Origin: a bacterium
GTDB taxonomy: Bacteria > SZUA-182 > DTGQ01 > JAFGSM01
Length of the DNA stretch: 54,432 nucleotides
Assembly (NCBI GenBank): GCA_016934595.1
Contig: JAFGSM010000265.1
Span: 1-54,432, forward strand
Reading direction: 5' to 3'
The notes beneath the pieces were generated by a model. The model made no database searches and was not told the DNA's origin. It was given only the letters and a program-made list of their open reading frames with translations. The position numbers and the translations under genes are program-made. Positions 28,857-38,631 of this stretch are shown piece after piece. How positions within the stretch are numbered: position 1 is the first letter of the stretch; every line of letters starts with the position of its first letter.

Positions 28857-30537
28857 ACTGCGCCTCCCTTTTCTTTTCGTGTTCTCCCTGATGTCTGACC
28901 TCATTCATCAGCTCGAGCACATCCACAATCAATACCACTCTTCCGTCTCCCAGAATAGTGGCGCCGGCAATCCCTACAGAATTGCCTATATAATCATCCA
29001 GCGCCTTGATCACGATCTCCTGTTGACCAAGGAGCGAGTCTACTACGATTCCCATCTCTCCCATCGTGCTTTGCACAATGACCACATAATGGCTGGTTTC
29101 ATTATTCAGGGATTCAAGTCCGAACAATGACGATAGCCTTATAAGGGGAAAGATTTTTCCTCTTATGTTTGTCACCTCGCAATTATTCACCATGTGAATC
29201 TCATCATCCCTGACCCTGATGCTCTCTATAACAGAGGTAAGAGGAATGGCATATTGCTCGCCTGAGACCTCCACCATTAGTGCGGATATAATGGCAAGCG
29301 TGAGGGGCAGCTTGATGGTGAAGCATGTCCCTTTGTTGACCTCGCTTTCAACCTCGATAGCGCCGTTTATCCTTGTCAGGCTTTTCTTTACCACATCCAT
29401 GCCTACGCCGCGTCCGGATATCTCGGTTATGCTGTCCGAGGTAGACAGGCCTGAGACAAAGATCAGGTTAAAGACCTCATTTGATTCAGCGTCATCCTTA
29501 ACAGTCAGACCGGCCTTTTTGGCCTTTGCTATCAGCTTTTCCCTGTCAATCCCCTTGCCGTCGTCCTTTACTGTGATTATTATATGACTTGATTCATGGG
29601 ATGCCTTGAGCGTGATATTGCCGGTCTTGGGCTTGCCCAGAACTACCCTTTCCTCGGGAGGTTCTATCCCATGATCAATGGAGTTCCGGATAAGGTGCAT
29701 AAGGGGTTCGCCTATCTCATCGATGACTTTCTTGTCCAGTTCGGTCTCTTCGCCCTCGAATGAGATGTTTATCTCCTTTCCCATACCCCTTGCCAGATCC
29801 CGGACATAACGGGGAAACCTCATGAATACCTGTTTTATGGGCAGCATCCTGACCTTCATGATGGTTTCATGGAGCTCTGTGGTTATTTTGCCTATCTGTT
29901 CCGATGTGTTTGATAGGTCAAGGACGATCCCCTTTTCGCCAAAGGTCTCCCTGAACTGTGAATCTATCTGGTCAAGATGTGTTCTGTGGATGACCAGTTC
30001 CCCCATAAGATTCAGCAACTGCTCCATCCTTTCGAATTCCACCTTCAGGAGATTGCTTTTTTTTCCAAAGGGGTTTGCCGTCTTTTTTTGCGGGGAAAGA
30101 TTTACAACGAGGTTTTCCTGCTGCGGCGATCCTTTTTTTTCCTCAAGGAATCCCTCGATCTCGTCAAGTTCATCCTGGAGAAGGTCCATCTTAGGCATGT
30201 CAGGGATGATTTGTGAGATGGAATGTCTGACGTTCCCTGCGCAATGTATGATAAAATCCACAAGTTCCCTGTCAAAACAAAGTCTTTCCGACTGAAGCGA
30301 CTTGAAGATGTCCTCCAGCTTATGTATGTAGCTTTGCATGCAGGAGAATCCCATCATCCCTGAGTTTCCCTTGAAGGTGTGCAGCAATCCCAGGACGTCG
30401 TTGATTACTGACGGATCAAGCGTTTCATCCAGGGACTGCTCGAACTGGAGGAGAAGCCCGTCAAGCTCATCCAGTATCTCATGGCTCTCCTCGATAAAAT
30501 CCTTAACCATCTCAACCTGTTCATTAAAGTTCATCAA
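28849..30537 (-). CDS. cheA: Chemotaxis kinase CheA without P2 domain
   Basis: Hpt LHTFKGNSG; LMHLIRNSIDHGIE; DDGKGID; SGRGVGMDVV; C-terminal CheW domain; 562 aa. Confidence 0.97.
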   Translation of the reverse strand: MMNFNEQVEMVKDFIEESHEILDELDGLLLQFEQSLDETLDPSVINDVLGLLHTFKGNSGMMGFSCMQSYIHKLEDIFKSLQSERLCFDRELVDFIIHCAGNVRHSISQIIPDMPKMDLLQDELDEIEGFLEEKKGSPQQENLVVNLSPQKKTANPFGKKSNLLKVEFERMEQLLNLMGELVIHRTHLDQIDSQFRETFGEKGIVLDLSNTSEQIGKITTELHETIMKVRMLPIKQVFMRFPRYVRDLARGMGKEINISFEGEETELDKKVIDEIGEPLMHLIRNSIDHGIEPPEERVVLGKPKTGNITLKASHESSHIIITVKDDGKGIDREKLIAKAKKAGLTVKDDAESNEVFNLIFVSGLSTSDSITEISGRGVGMDVVKKSLTRINGAIEVESEVNKGTCFTIKLPLTLAIISALMVEVSGEQYAIPLTSVIESIRVRDDEIHMVNNCEVTNIRGKIFPLIRLSSLFGLESLNNETSHYVVIVQSTMGEMGIVVDSLLGQQEIVIKALDDYIGNSVGIAGATILGDGRVVLIVDVLELMNEVRHQGEHEKKREAQYA

Positions 30538-30672
30538 ATTTAACCTTTCCCTTTTTAATCGTGCGCTTCAAAACCATTAATAACCTGATGAATCCATTGT
30601 ATTTGAGTATTTATGATCTTTTGTCTTTTTCTGCATAGAAAATTTTGTGCGAAAAACCTTTGCATGTATATT

Positions 30673-30699
30673 TTTTCGGCAATTTAAAAAATTTCTTCA
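30673..30699 (-). promoter_or_regulatory. Putative sigma28-type promoter upstream of cheA
   Basis: Minus strand TGAAG-N14-GCCGAAAA. Confidence 0.45.
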
Positions 30700-31072
30700 T
30701 CCTGAATCTAAAATATCAATATAACTTATTGTAAATTTTGAATTTATAAAATGAGATAAAAATGGGACGATTGAAAGGGGCAAAAGCCGGTCATATATAT
30801 TTCCTTATTTAAATAAATAGGCAGAAAGGTGGATTTATGCTTTGCAATGGCATAATCCGAATATCCTGATTTCTTAATATTACAGGATATTACAGGCTTA
30901 TAGTGAAATCGCCATTTTAAAAGGTTTAATTTGTGGCCGTGCATTGATGATGATCCATCAAATTGCCGAATAGAAACTGTTATGATATTGGATGAATAAC
31001 GGCCACAGATACACCGGCATAAGAAGTTCTGAAAATCCAGGATTTTTTAAAAGAAGGGAGGATAAAACAACA

Positions 31073-31426
31073 ATGGGTTCCGAATTAAATATGGATCAGA
31101 TACTTGCAAACTTTGAAGGGAATGTGGAGATGTTTCAGATTATATTCGATACATTCCTTGAGACCTATCAGGATCAGGTAAAGGATATTCAAAGCGCTGT
31201 CCAGGCCGGAGGGGGAGAGAATCTGAGGGCGTCCGCCCATATGCTTAAAGGCGTTCTGGCCAATTTTAATGTTCCGGAGATGACCGATTTGGCATATACC
31301 CTGGAGAAGATGGGAAAGGAAGGCAGGATAGACGGCGCGGAGGAAACGCTTTCCCAACTGGAGGTTATGATAGACGGATTTATCAGATATGTAAAGGAAC
31401 ACCAGACAGAATTGGTTTCTGCATAA
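31073..31426 (+). CDS. Stand-alone Hpt phosphotransfer protein
   Basis: LRASAHMLKG..ANF...LE helical pattern; ATG 31073 after GGGAGG. Confidence 0.88.
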   Translation: MGSELNMDQILANFEGNVEMFQIIFDTFLETYQDQVKDIQSAVQAGGGENLRASAHMLKGVLANFNVPEMTDLAYTLEKMGKEGRIDGAEETLSQLEVMIDGFIRYVKEHQTELVSA

Positions 31427-31445
31427 TACTTTACTTTTATTCATA

Positions 31446-31499
31446 GAAAATAGATTCTATTTTCATGATTCTTGGTGGCCCGAAAGGCCATGGTGTTTA
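31446..31499 (-). repeat. Dispersed hairpin repeat (catgaaaat family), copy B
   Basis: 31446-31471 is the exact reverse complement of 49479-49504. Confidence 0.8.
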
Positions 31500-31518
31500 T
31501 TAAGAATTTGGATTTGAT

Positions 31519-32604
31519 ATGAGCGAAAGGTTAGGGGAGAACAAAGGCCGGCGTTCATGCTGGCCTAAAAGGCGGACAAAGGCAGGTCCTTTGGCCTCTG
31601 TCATCATTCTGAACTGGAACGGCATAAGTCACCTTGCCACCTGCCTCTCATCATTAGCTAATCAGACATACAGCAATATCGAGATCATATTTGTGGATAA
31701 CGGCTCACAAGACGGGTCTGTTGAATTTGTTAAACGCGAATATGGCGGAGTTGTCTCTATTGTTGAAAACATAAGGAATACAGGGTTTGCTGAAGGGAAC
31801 AACACCGGCATTAAACTGGCGAGGGGAAAATATATACTGCTCATCAATAATGACACAAAGGCGGACCCAGGATGGGTTGAGGAACTGGTGAAGGCGGCTG
31901 AAAAGGATGAAAAAATAGGTATGTGCGCGTCAAAGGTGCTGATGTTTGATGACAGAACCAAGATAGATACCGCAGGTCATCTGATATACAGGGATGGGCT
32001 TAACCGTGGCAGGGGAAGGCTTGAGACGGATAGGGGACAGTATAATCATGAGGAGGAGGTTTTATTTCCAAGCGGGGCAGCCGCCCTCTATAGAAAGGAA
32101 ATGCTGGACGAGATAGGCGGTTTTGACAAGGACTTTTTTGCCTATGGGGATGACACGGATCTCGGCCTCAAAGGCAGGCTGGCTGGCTGGAAATGCCTGT
32201 ATGTGCCTACTGCTATAGTGTATCACAAATATTCCGGCTCGACTTCCGCATATTCTCCCGGCAAGGCCTTTCTTGTGGAAAGAAACCGCGTATGGATATT
32301 ATTAAAGTATTTTCCATTTTGCTCCCTTATACTTAGCCCTTTTTATACACTGATTCGCCTGGCATTTCAGTCTTATGGGGCGGTTTTTAAAATGGGCGCG
32401 GCAGGAAGGTTTACGGAGCAGCATTCAAAGGGTGCGCTGATCATTATATTGCTGAAATCATACCTGGCTGCATCGAGGGGGATGCCCAAGATGCTAAAAA
32501 AAAGAAGGCAGATAAGGATGCTCAGGAAGATCCCTGATCGGGAAGTCTTTTCATGGTTCAGGAAATACGGGATAAGCGCAAGGGAATTGGCGCTCAAGGA
32601 TTGA
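31519..32604 (+). CDS. Glycosyltransferase family 2
   Basis: SVIILNWNG, VDNGSQDGS, GFAEGNN, LINND. Confidence 0.93.
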   Translation: MSERLGENKGRRSCWPKRRTKAGPLASVIILNWNGISHLATCLSSLANQTYSNIEIIFVDNGSQDGSVEFVKREYGGVVSIVENIRNTGFAEGNNTGIKLARGKYILLINNDTKADPGWVEELVKAAEKDEKIGMCASKVLMFDDRTKIDTAGHLIYRDGLNRGRGRLETDRGQYNHEEEVLFPSGAAALYRKEMLDEIGGFDKDFFAYGDDTDLGLKGRLAGWKCLYVPTAIVYHKYSGSTSAYSPGKAFLVERNRVWILLKYFPFCSLILSPFYTLIRLAFQSYGAVFKMGAAGRFTEQHSKGALIIILLKSYLAASRGMPKMLKKRRQIRMLRKIPDREVFSWFRKYGISARELALKD

Positions 32605-32667
32605 AAGATATAAAGATATAAGGATGCAGATATAAAAATATAATAAGGATTTTGGGAAAGGATATCG

Positions 32668-33447
32668 ATGGAAATGAAGGAAAGATACAAAAGCCTGGTG
32701 ATAATACCTGCATATAACGAGGAGCGGCACATCGCTTATATCGTGGCCAGGATAAGATGGATGAACAGATGTTCGGAGGTGTTGGTCATAGATGACGGGT
32801 CTTCGGATATGACCGCGCGCAAGGCAAGGTTCGCAGGCGCAAGGGTGATAAGCCATTTATTCAATATGGGGTATGGCGTGGCGCTGCAGACAGGATATAA
32901 ATACGCCTTTGAAAAGGATTATGACTTTCTTGTGCAGATGGATGCGGACGGACAGCATCATCCGGCGTATATCCCTAAGATGATTGATATTTTAGAGAAA
33001 AAGGATGCTGACCTGGTAATTGGGTCCCGTTTCATATATGGGATGATGAAGGGGAATACAGGCCTTTGCAGATACAGCATGGATTTTTCCAAAAGGCTTG
33101 GGGTGATGCTTTTCTCTTTTGTTACAACAAAGATTACAGGGATCAGGGTCACGGATCCGACTTCAGGTTATCAGGCTTTGAACAGAAAGGCGATCGGGCT
33201 TTTTATTCAGGACTTTTTCCCCAATGATTACCCGGATTCGGATATGATCATTACTGCACATCGCTCAGGTCTCAAGGTCAAGGAATTCCCAATGATAATG
33301 TTTGAAAACAGAATGGGAAGATCAATGCACGCCGGTCTTAAGCCGGTATACTACACGTTCAAGATGTTTCTTTCCCTTTTTATGATTCATATAAGGAAGC
33401 GGCATATGGCGGCGCTATGTCAAAGGAGTGTTTTTCACGGGGACTGA
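32668..33447 (+). CDS. DPM1-like GT2 (polyprenol-phosphate glycosyltransferase)
   Basis: IIPAYNEE, DDGSSD, MDADGQH, IGSRF, DPTSG. Confidence 0.9.
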   Translation: MEMKERYKSLVIIPAYNEERHIAYIVARIRWMNRCSEVLVIDDGSSDMTARKARFAGARVISHLFNMGYGVALQTGYKYAFEKDYDFLVQMDADGQHHPAYIPKMIDILEKKDADLVIGSRFIYGMMKGNTGLCRYSMDFSKRLGVMLFSFVTTKITGIRVTDPTSGYQALNRKAIGLFIQDFFPNDYPDSDMIITAHRSGLKVKEFPMIMFENRMGRSMHAGLKPVYYTFKMFLSLFMIHIRKRHMAALCQRSVFHGD

Positions 33448-33817
33448 TGAAATGGATATGTTGTTGAAACAAAAGGTGGCTATGCTTATCATATGCGTGG
33501 CCATATTTGTCTTTATACTGGAATTGGTCAGGCGAAGAAAGTTGAGGGAGGAATATTCATGGTTATGGCTGCTGACCAGCCTCTCGCTGTTTTTCCTGGT
33601 GCTGAAATATGACTGGCTGGTATCGATAACGAAATTGATCGGGGCAGTCCTTCCGACTACGACATTGTTCATAGGCGCCTTGATATTTCTTATGGCGCTG
33701 TGTGTCCAATTCTCCGTGAGGATATCCAGGCTGACAGATCTGGTGAAAAACCTGGTTCAGGAAAACGCATTGCTCAGGGATAAGATAGAGGAATATTTAA
33801 AAGAGGAGAAGTCATAG
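33428..33817 (+). CDS. DUF2304-family membrane protein
   Basis: ELVRRRKLREEYSWLW...LVQENAL; usual partner of DPM1-like GT2; true start may be a few codons downstream. Confidence 0.85.
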   Translation: MFFTGTDEMDMLLKQKVAMLIICVAIFVFILELVRRRKLREEYSWLWLLTSLSLFFLVLKYDWLVSITKLIGAVLPTTTLFIGALIFLMALCVQFSVRISRLTDLVKNLVQENALLRDKIEEYLKEEKS

Positions 33818-33821
33818 AAAT

Positions 33822-34685
33822 ATGTCCGTCACAATATCAGATTCATATACAATTTCTGATTTCATTCCCGAGAGGATTATCAGACCAAGGCGAGGTTTAA
33901 TAGGCATAGATTTCAAGGAACTATGGATATACAGAGAGCTTTTCTGGTTTCTTGCCTGGCGGGATATCCTCGTGCTATATAAGCAGACAGCCATAGGGAT
34001 TGCCTGGGCTGTGTTTCAGCCGGTTGTCACCATGGTGGTTTTTACCCTCATCTTTGGAAATCTTGCTAAACTTCCGAGCAATAACGCCTCATATGCGGTA
34101 ATGACCTTCGCAGCCCTGTTGCCCTGGCAGTTCTTTTCCAATGCAATTACCAAGAGCAGCAACTCACTGATTTCATCACAAAATCTGATCACCAAGGTCT
34201 ATTTCCCGAGGATTATTCTGCCCGCAAGTGCAACAATAAGCGGGGCGGTTGATTTTATGATATCATTCGTGGTCTTGATCGGAATAATGGTGTGGTGCAA
34301 GGCGCCCTTTCGGCTTTCCATGTTTTTACTTCCGTTATTTTTTCTTTTTGCTTTTTTTGCCGCCTTTGGGGCAGGTTTATGGCTTGGGGCATTGAATGTC
34401 AAATACAGGGATGTCAATTATGTCGTTACATTTTTGGTACGGCTTGGAATGTATATAAGCCCTGTCGGCTTTATTTCAAGCGTCATCCCTCAAAGATGGA
34501 GATTCGTTTACAGCCTGAATCCTATGGTTGGCGTGATAGACGGATTCAGATGGTGCATTCTTGGGGAGCAGTTTAAACCCTACTGGCCGGGTTTTTGGGC
34601 GAGTTTTACTATGGTATTGATGATATTGGTTACAGGTATATGTTTTTTTAGAAGCACAGAGAAGAATTTTGCGGATGTTATATAA
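33822..34685 (+). CDS. wzm: Polysaccharide ABC exporter permease
   Basis: RDI..YKQT.IG.AW...QP, LITKVYFPR, YRDV, LNPM. Confidence 0.95.
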   Translation: MSVTISDSYTISDFIPERIIRPRRGLIGIDFKELWIYRELFWFLAWRDILVLYKQTAIGIAWAVFQPVVTMVVFTLIFGNLAKLPSNNASYAVMTFAALLPWQFFSNAITKSSNSLISSQNLITKVYFPRIILPASATISGAVDFMISFVVLIGIMVWCKAPFRLSMFLLPLFFLFAFFAAFGAGLWLGALNVKYRDVNYVVTFLVRLGMYISPVGFISSVIPQRWRFVYSLNPMVGVIDGFRWCILGEQFKPYWPGFWASFTMVLMILVTGICFFRSTEKNFADVI

Positions 34686-34700
34686 ACAAAGGTTAAGCAG

Positions 34701-36029
34701 ATGTCAGGACCAATAATTCGAGTAGAGGGGATAGGCAAAAAATACAGATTGGGATCTACGATAAGCTACGATACCCTGCGTGATCATATAACCGGTAGCT
34801 TTAGATCCTTGTGCCATATAATAAGTGGAAACAAAAAATCAAAAAGAGGCAGGGAATTTTTAGAGAATCAAACACTAACAGACAATTGCGAGTTTTGGGC
34901 ATTAAAAGATATATCCTTAACAGTCGATCAGGGTGAAGTAATCGGAATATTAGGCAGAAATGGGGCAGGGAAATCCACACTGCTTAAGATATTGAGTCAG
35001 ATAACAGAACCGACCGAGGGCGAGATACGTATAAAAGGCAGAGTGGCAAGCCTTTTAGAGGTAGGCACCGGTTTTCATCCGGAATTGACAGGCAGGGAAA
35101 ATATCTTTTTAAATGGTGCGATCCTTGGGATGACAAGGTCGGAGATCAAGAAAAAGTTTGATGAAATAGTAGATTTTGCAAAGCTGGAAAAGTTTATAGA
35201 CACACCCGTCAAGCGTTACTCCAGTGGGATGTATGTAAGGCTGGCTTTTTCCGTTGCCGCACATCTGGAGCCTGAGATTTTGTTGGTTGATGAGGTTCTT
35301 TCTGTCGGTGATGTTGAATTTCAAAAGAAGTGCTCGGGGAAAATGAACGATGTTGCCAAAGAAGGAAAGACTGTCCTTTATGTCAGTCATAATATGGGAT
35401 CTATCGCTCAGTTATGCTCTAAGGCAATCCTGCTTGATTATGGAAAGATGGTGAGATTTGATGCGGCACAGGAAGTTATAAACCAATATATCAAGAATAC
35501 AGGTACTTTGGCCAAAACTGGGGCAATAAAAATTACGGACCGGATGTATACAACAAGGGGCAAAAAAATAAAGTTTAGCCAGGTAACTATGCGTGACTCA
35601 CGAGGAAATGTATGTAACAATTTTTTGTATAAAGAGGATTTCTCGGTAGAGATTGATTTTGATATATACGATAATTTTGAACGGGGAGTGATTGGTATTG
35701 GTATCAGAACACTGAATGGCTCGTTGGTGACCATTGCCCATAATCAGGATAATAATAATGGTAATATCGAAGATATAGCAAGGGGAAGTTACAAGATTAA
35801 GGCAAATTTTAATAATATTCTGCGACCGGGTATATATTCCCTCAACATTAAGGCATACGAACATATTATAAATGGGGAGACAATCGATGTTTCCGATTTG
35901 ATACAATTTGAGATTGCAAATTCCCCGAAAGAAGGCGAGTTAATGCCGGTTAAAATGAGATCGGGATTAGTGGAATTCGAAGTAGATTGGAGCTTAGAGG
36001 AGTTGGCTGCAAGTTTTTCATATATTTAG
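34701..36029 (+). CDS. wzt: Polysaccharide ABC exporter ATPase with C-terminal Wzt_C domain
   Basis: GRNGAGKST, YSSGMYVRLAF, VDEVL, VSH; ~180-aa beta-rich C-terminus. Confidence 0.95.
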   Translation: MSGPIIRVEGIGKKYRLGSTISYDTLRDHITGSFRSLCHIISGNKKSKRGREFLENQTLTDNCEFWALKDISLTVDQGEVIGILGRNGAGKSTLLKILSQITEPTEGEIRIKGRVASLLEVGTGFHPELTGRENIFLNGAILGMTRSEIKKKFDEIVDFAKLEKFIDTPVKRYSSGMYVRLAFSVAAHLEPEILLVDEVLSVGDVEFQKKCSGKMNDVAKEGKTVLYVSHNMGSIAQLCSKAILLDYGKMVRFDAAQEVINQYIKNTGTLAKTGAIKITDRMYTTRGKKIKFSQVTMRDSRGNVCNNFLYKEDFSVEIDFDIYDNFERGVIGIGIRTLNGSLVTIAHNQDNNNGNIEDIARGSYKIKANFNNILRPGIYSLNIKAYEHIINGETIDVSDLIQFEIANSPKEGELMPVKMRSGLVEFEVDWSLEELAASFSYI

Positions 36030-36075
36030 TATTTGAATGAAAAAATTTTATTAAGACTAAAATTTCATCCAAAAA

Positions 36076-36945
36076 ATGTCACCAATAAAGTACATTAGTC
36101 ATATTTACGGTGCTGGCTGTTTTTCATTAAAACACCTGACATCCCGTAATCACAGAATTAACGAAGTCACATTTATAACCGCTTTATTTGATATACAAAG
36201 AGACGAAAAAGGAGACGGCAGAAATATAAATCAATATTTAGAATGGTTTAAAAGAACTTTAAAATTAAACACACCCATGATTGTCTATGTAGAATCAAAA
36301 TTTGAGGATTTTGTAAAACAGAATCGTCCGTTGGAATATAAAACAAAGATCATAATTCAAAGAATGGAAGATTTATCATATTTTAAATACAAAGAACATA
36401 TATTAAGGATTATAAATTCGAAAGAATACAAGGCAAAGATAAGACACCCTGACAGGATTGAATGTATTCTTCCTGAATACGATATTATTCAATATTCAAA
36501 ATTTGGATGGTTAGAGGAGGCCGTTAGAATAAATCCCTTCGAAACAGACTATTTTTTTTGGATTGATGCCGGGATTTCAAGATTTTTTGAAGATGTTAAT
36601 ATCTCTGATTCTTATCCGGGTGATAAGGGTATAAAGATAATAAAAACAAATAAATTTATTGTTCAGGCAAGAAATGATTTATATAGTTATGCTATCAATG
36701 ATAATTTTATTTGGGACAGTGCTAATTTATTGATAGGTACTATGTTTGGAGGATATAAAGATATAGTGTTAAAGATTGGAAATAAAATAAATAATTTATT
36801 TGAAAATATTATGTTAAAAGAAAATAATGTGAATAATGAGCAATTAGCATTAGCCTTAATATGGAGAGATAACAAGGATCTATTCGATATATTTATGAAT
36901 AAAACAGATAAACATTTACCCTTATTTAAGTATTTATCAAAATAG
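36076..36945 (+). CDS. HtrL/YibB-like putative glycosyltransferase
   Basis: VTFITALFDI.R, QYSKF, NPFETDYFFWIDAG, MFGG, NNEQ; strongly AT-rich. Confidence 0.7.
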   Translation: MSPIKYISHIYGAGCFSLKHLTSRNHRINEVTFITALFDIQRDEKGDGRNINQYLEWFKRTLKLNTPMIVYVESKFEDFVKQNRPLEYKTKIIIQRMEDLSYFKYKEHILRIINSKEYKAKIRHPDRIECILPEYDIIQYSKFGWLEEAVRINPFETDYFFWIDAGISRFFEDVNISDSYPGDKGIKIIKTNKFIVQARNDLYSYAINDNFIWDSANLLIGTMFGGYKDIVLKIGNKINNLFENIMLKENNVNNEQLALALIWRDNKDLFDIFMNKTDKHLPLFKYLSK

Positions 36946-36964
36946 ATTAGATGCAGGATTAAAA

Positions 36965-37582
36965 ATGCCACTTGACGAAAAAAACAGGATATTATTTATA
37001 CATATACCTAAAACAGCCGGAACGACTATAGAAACCATATTGGACATAAAGGAAAATCAGAGATTATGGGGATATTGTAAATTAACAAAGTCCTACAAAC
37101 AGCATTATACATATGATGACATTATCAATTACACAGATATTAATCCTGAAAAATATTTTACATTCACTTTTGTTAGAAATCCGTATGATCGATTGATCTC
37201 AGTCTATTTACAAAAAAATAACAAATCTTGTGATAAAGAATTGTTAAAAACCATTGGGGAATATAGTTTTATTGATTTTGTAAGATATAAATTACCTTTG
37301 ATATTAGAAAAAAATAATTTTGAAGGTAGCAATTTACATTTTAGGCCTCAGTATGATTTTGTAAAGGAATACAAGATGGATTTTATAGGCAGATTTGAGA
37401 ATTTAGAATCAGACTTTAATTATGTTGCCGAAAAATTGAAGATTAATAAAAGATTTAATAGGTCTGTCAACCCTAACGGAAATAAAAACAGAAGAGAATG
37501 GGAATTTTATTATACAGAAGAGACAAAAAGGTATGTTAGAAGATTATATTATAATGATTTTGAAAAGTTTGCATATAAATAG
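36965..37582 (+). CDS. Sulfotransferase (family 2)
   Basis: PAPS-binding FIHIPKTAGTT and FVRNPYDRLIS; HFRPQ; IGRFENL. Confidence 0.9.
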   Translation: MPLDEKNRILFIHIPKTAGTTIETILDIKENQRLWGYCKLTKSYKQHYTYDDIINYTDINPEKYFTFTFVRNPYDRLISVYLQKNNKSCDKELLKTIGEYSFIDFVRYKLPLILEKNNFEGSNLHFRPQYDFVKEYKMDFIGRFENLESDFNYVAEKLKINKRFNRSVNPNGNKNRREWEFYYTEETKRYVRRLYYNDFEKFAYK

Positions 37583-37608
37583 AAAACAGTTTGGATGGAA
37601 ACCTTTAG

Positions 37609-38631
37609 ATGTATATTTTGCCGGGATCACAAAAAAGAAAGGGCAGGGATAAGGGAAAACTGGAGATCCTGCTGGTCGGGCCAGGCATTATGCCCATACC
37701 ATGTAAGGGGTGGGGGGCGGTTGAGAATGTTATATGGCAGCAAAAGACTTACCTGGAGATGCTGGGCCATCATGTGACGATTCTGAACAAGAGGGGGTTT
37801 TTGCCTGCATTTTTACAAAGACCGTGGATGTATGATGTCGTTCATCTTCACTATGATGAGCTGGCAAGGTTTTGGGTAAGGCAGGCCGGCCTTTTAGACC
37901 TTCCCCTTTTTATAACCACTCACTATGGATATGCCGCCTGCCCTGAGAAGTGGAATGGCGATTATTACGACAGGATATTTGAGTGGCTTTTGAAAGCAGA
38001 CAGGCTGATTCTGCTAAGTGATGAAATCAAAAAGACTTTTATTGAAAGAGGTTATTCAGGAAATGCCTGTGTGATCCCAAACGGCACTGAGACCGAACGG
38101 ATCGAATTCAAAGAGGAAAGAGGCAATGGCAAGGCCATATGCCTTGGAAAGATAGAGCCGAGAAAGATGCAGGCAAGGCTGGCCGAAAGGATAAAAAACT
38201 GCGGCGGTATAAGTTGCGATTTTGTGGGTCCGATGATCGATCAAGGGTTTAATGCGGATGATATTTATGTAAGATACCTGGGGCATTGGAGCCGTGATGA
38301 GGTATATAAAAATCTTACCGAATATTCCTGTCTTGTATTGGCAAGCGAAGGCGAGGCCCATCCTTTGGTTGTTATGGAGGCCATGGCCGCAGGCCTCTCT
38401 GTTGTTGTTACCCCTGAGGCATCCGCCAATCTGGATAAGGACATGCCGTGGATCTACATTTCCGGCATGGGAGATAATTTTATCGAGAACATAAGACATG
38501 CATGTGAGCACAATCATATATACCGGGGGCGGATAAGAATGTATGCAAGGGAGAATTTTGATTGGAAAGTCATCATGCAAAGATATGTAGATACAGTCGG
38601 CAATGTCCTGATCAGTGAGAACAGGTTATGA
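37609..38631 (+). CDS. Glycosyltransferase family 4
   Basis: PIPCKGWGAVE, IPNG, GKIEPRK, EAHPLVVMEAMAAG. Confidence 0.88.
   Translation: MYILPGSQKRKGRDKGKLEILLVGPGIMPIPCKGWGAVENVIWQQKTYLEMLGHHVTILNKRGFLPAFLQRPWMYDVVHLHYDELARFWVRQAGLLDLPLFITTHYGYAACPEKWNGDYYDRIFEWLLKADRLILLSDEIKKTFIERGYSGNACVIPNGTETERIEFKEERGNGKAICLGKIEPRKMQARLAERIKNCGGISCDFVGPMIDQGFNADDIYVRYLGHWSRDEVYKNLTEYSCLVLASEGEAHPLVVMEAMAAGLSVVVTPEASANLDKDMPWIYISGMGDNFIENIRHACEHNHIYRGRIRMYARENFDWKVIMQRYVDTVGNVLISENRL

Noticed and set aside
30760-30800. c-di-GMP-I (GEMM) riboswitch upstream of cheA/Hpt
   Set aside because: gggacg..gaaa..gcaaaagcc resembles it only superficially; motif order and stems do not fit
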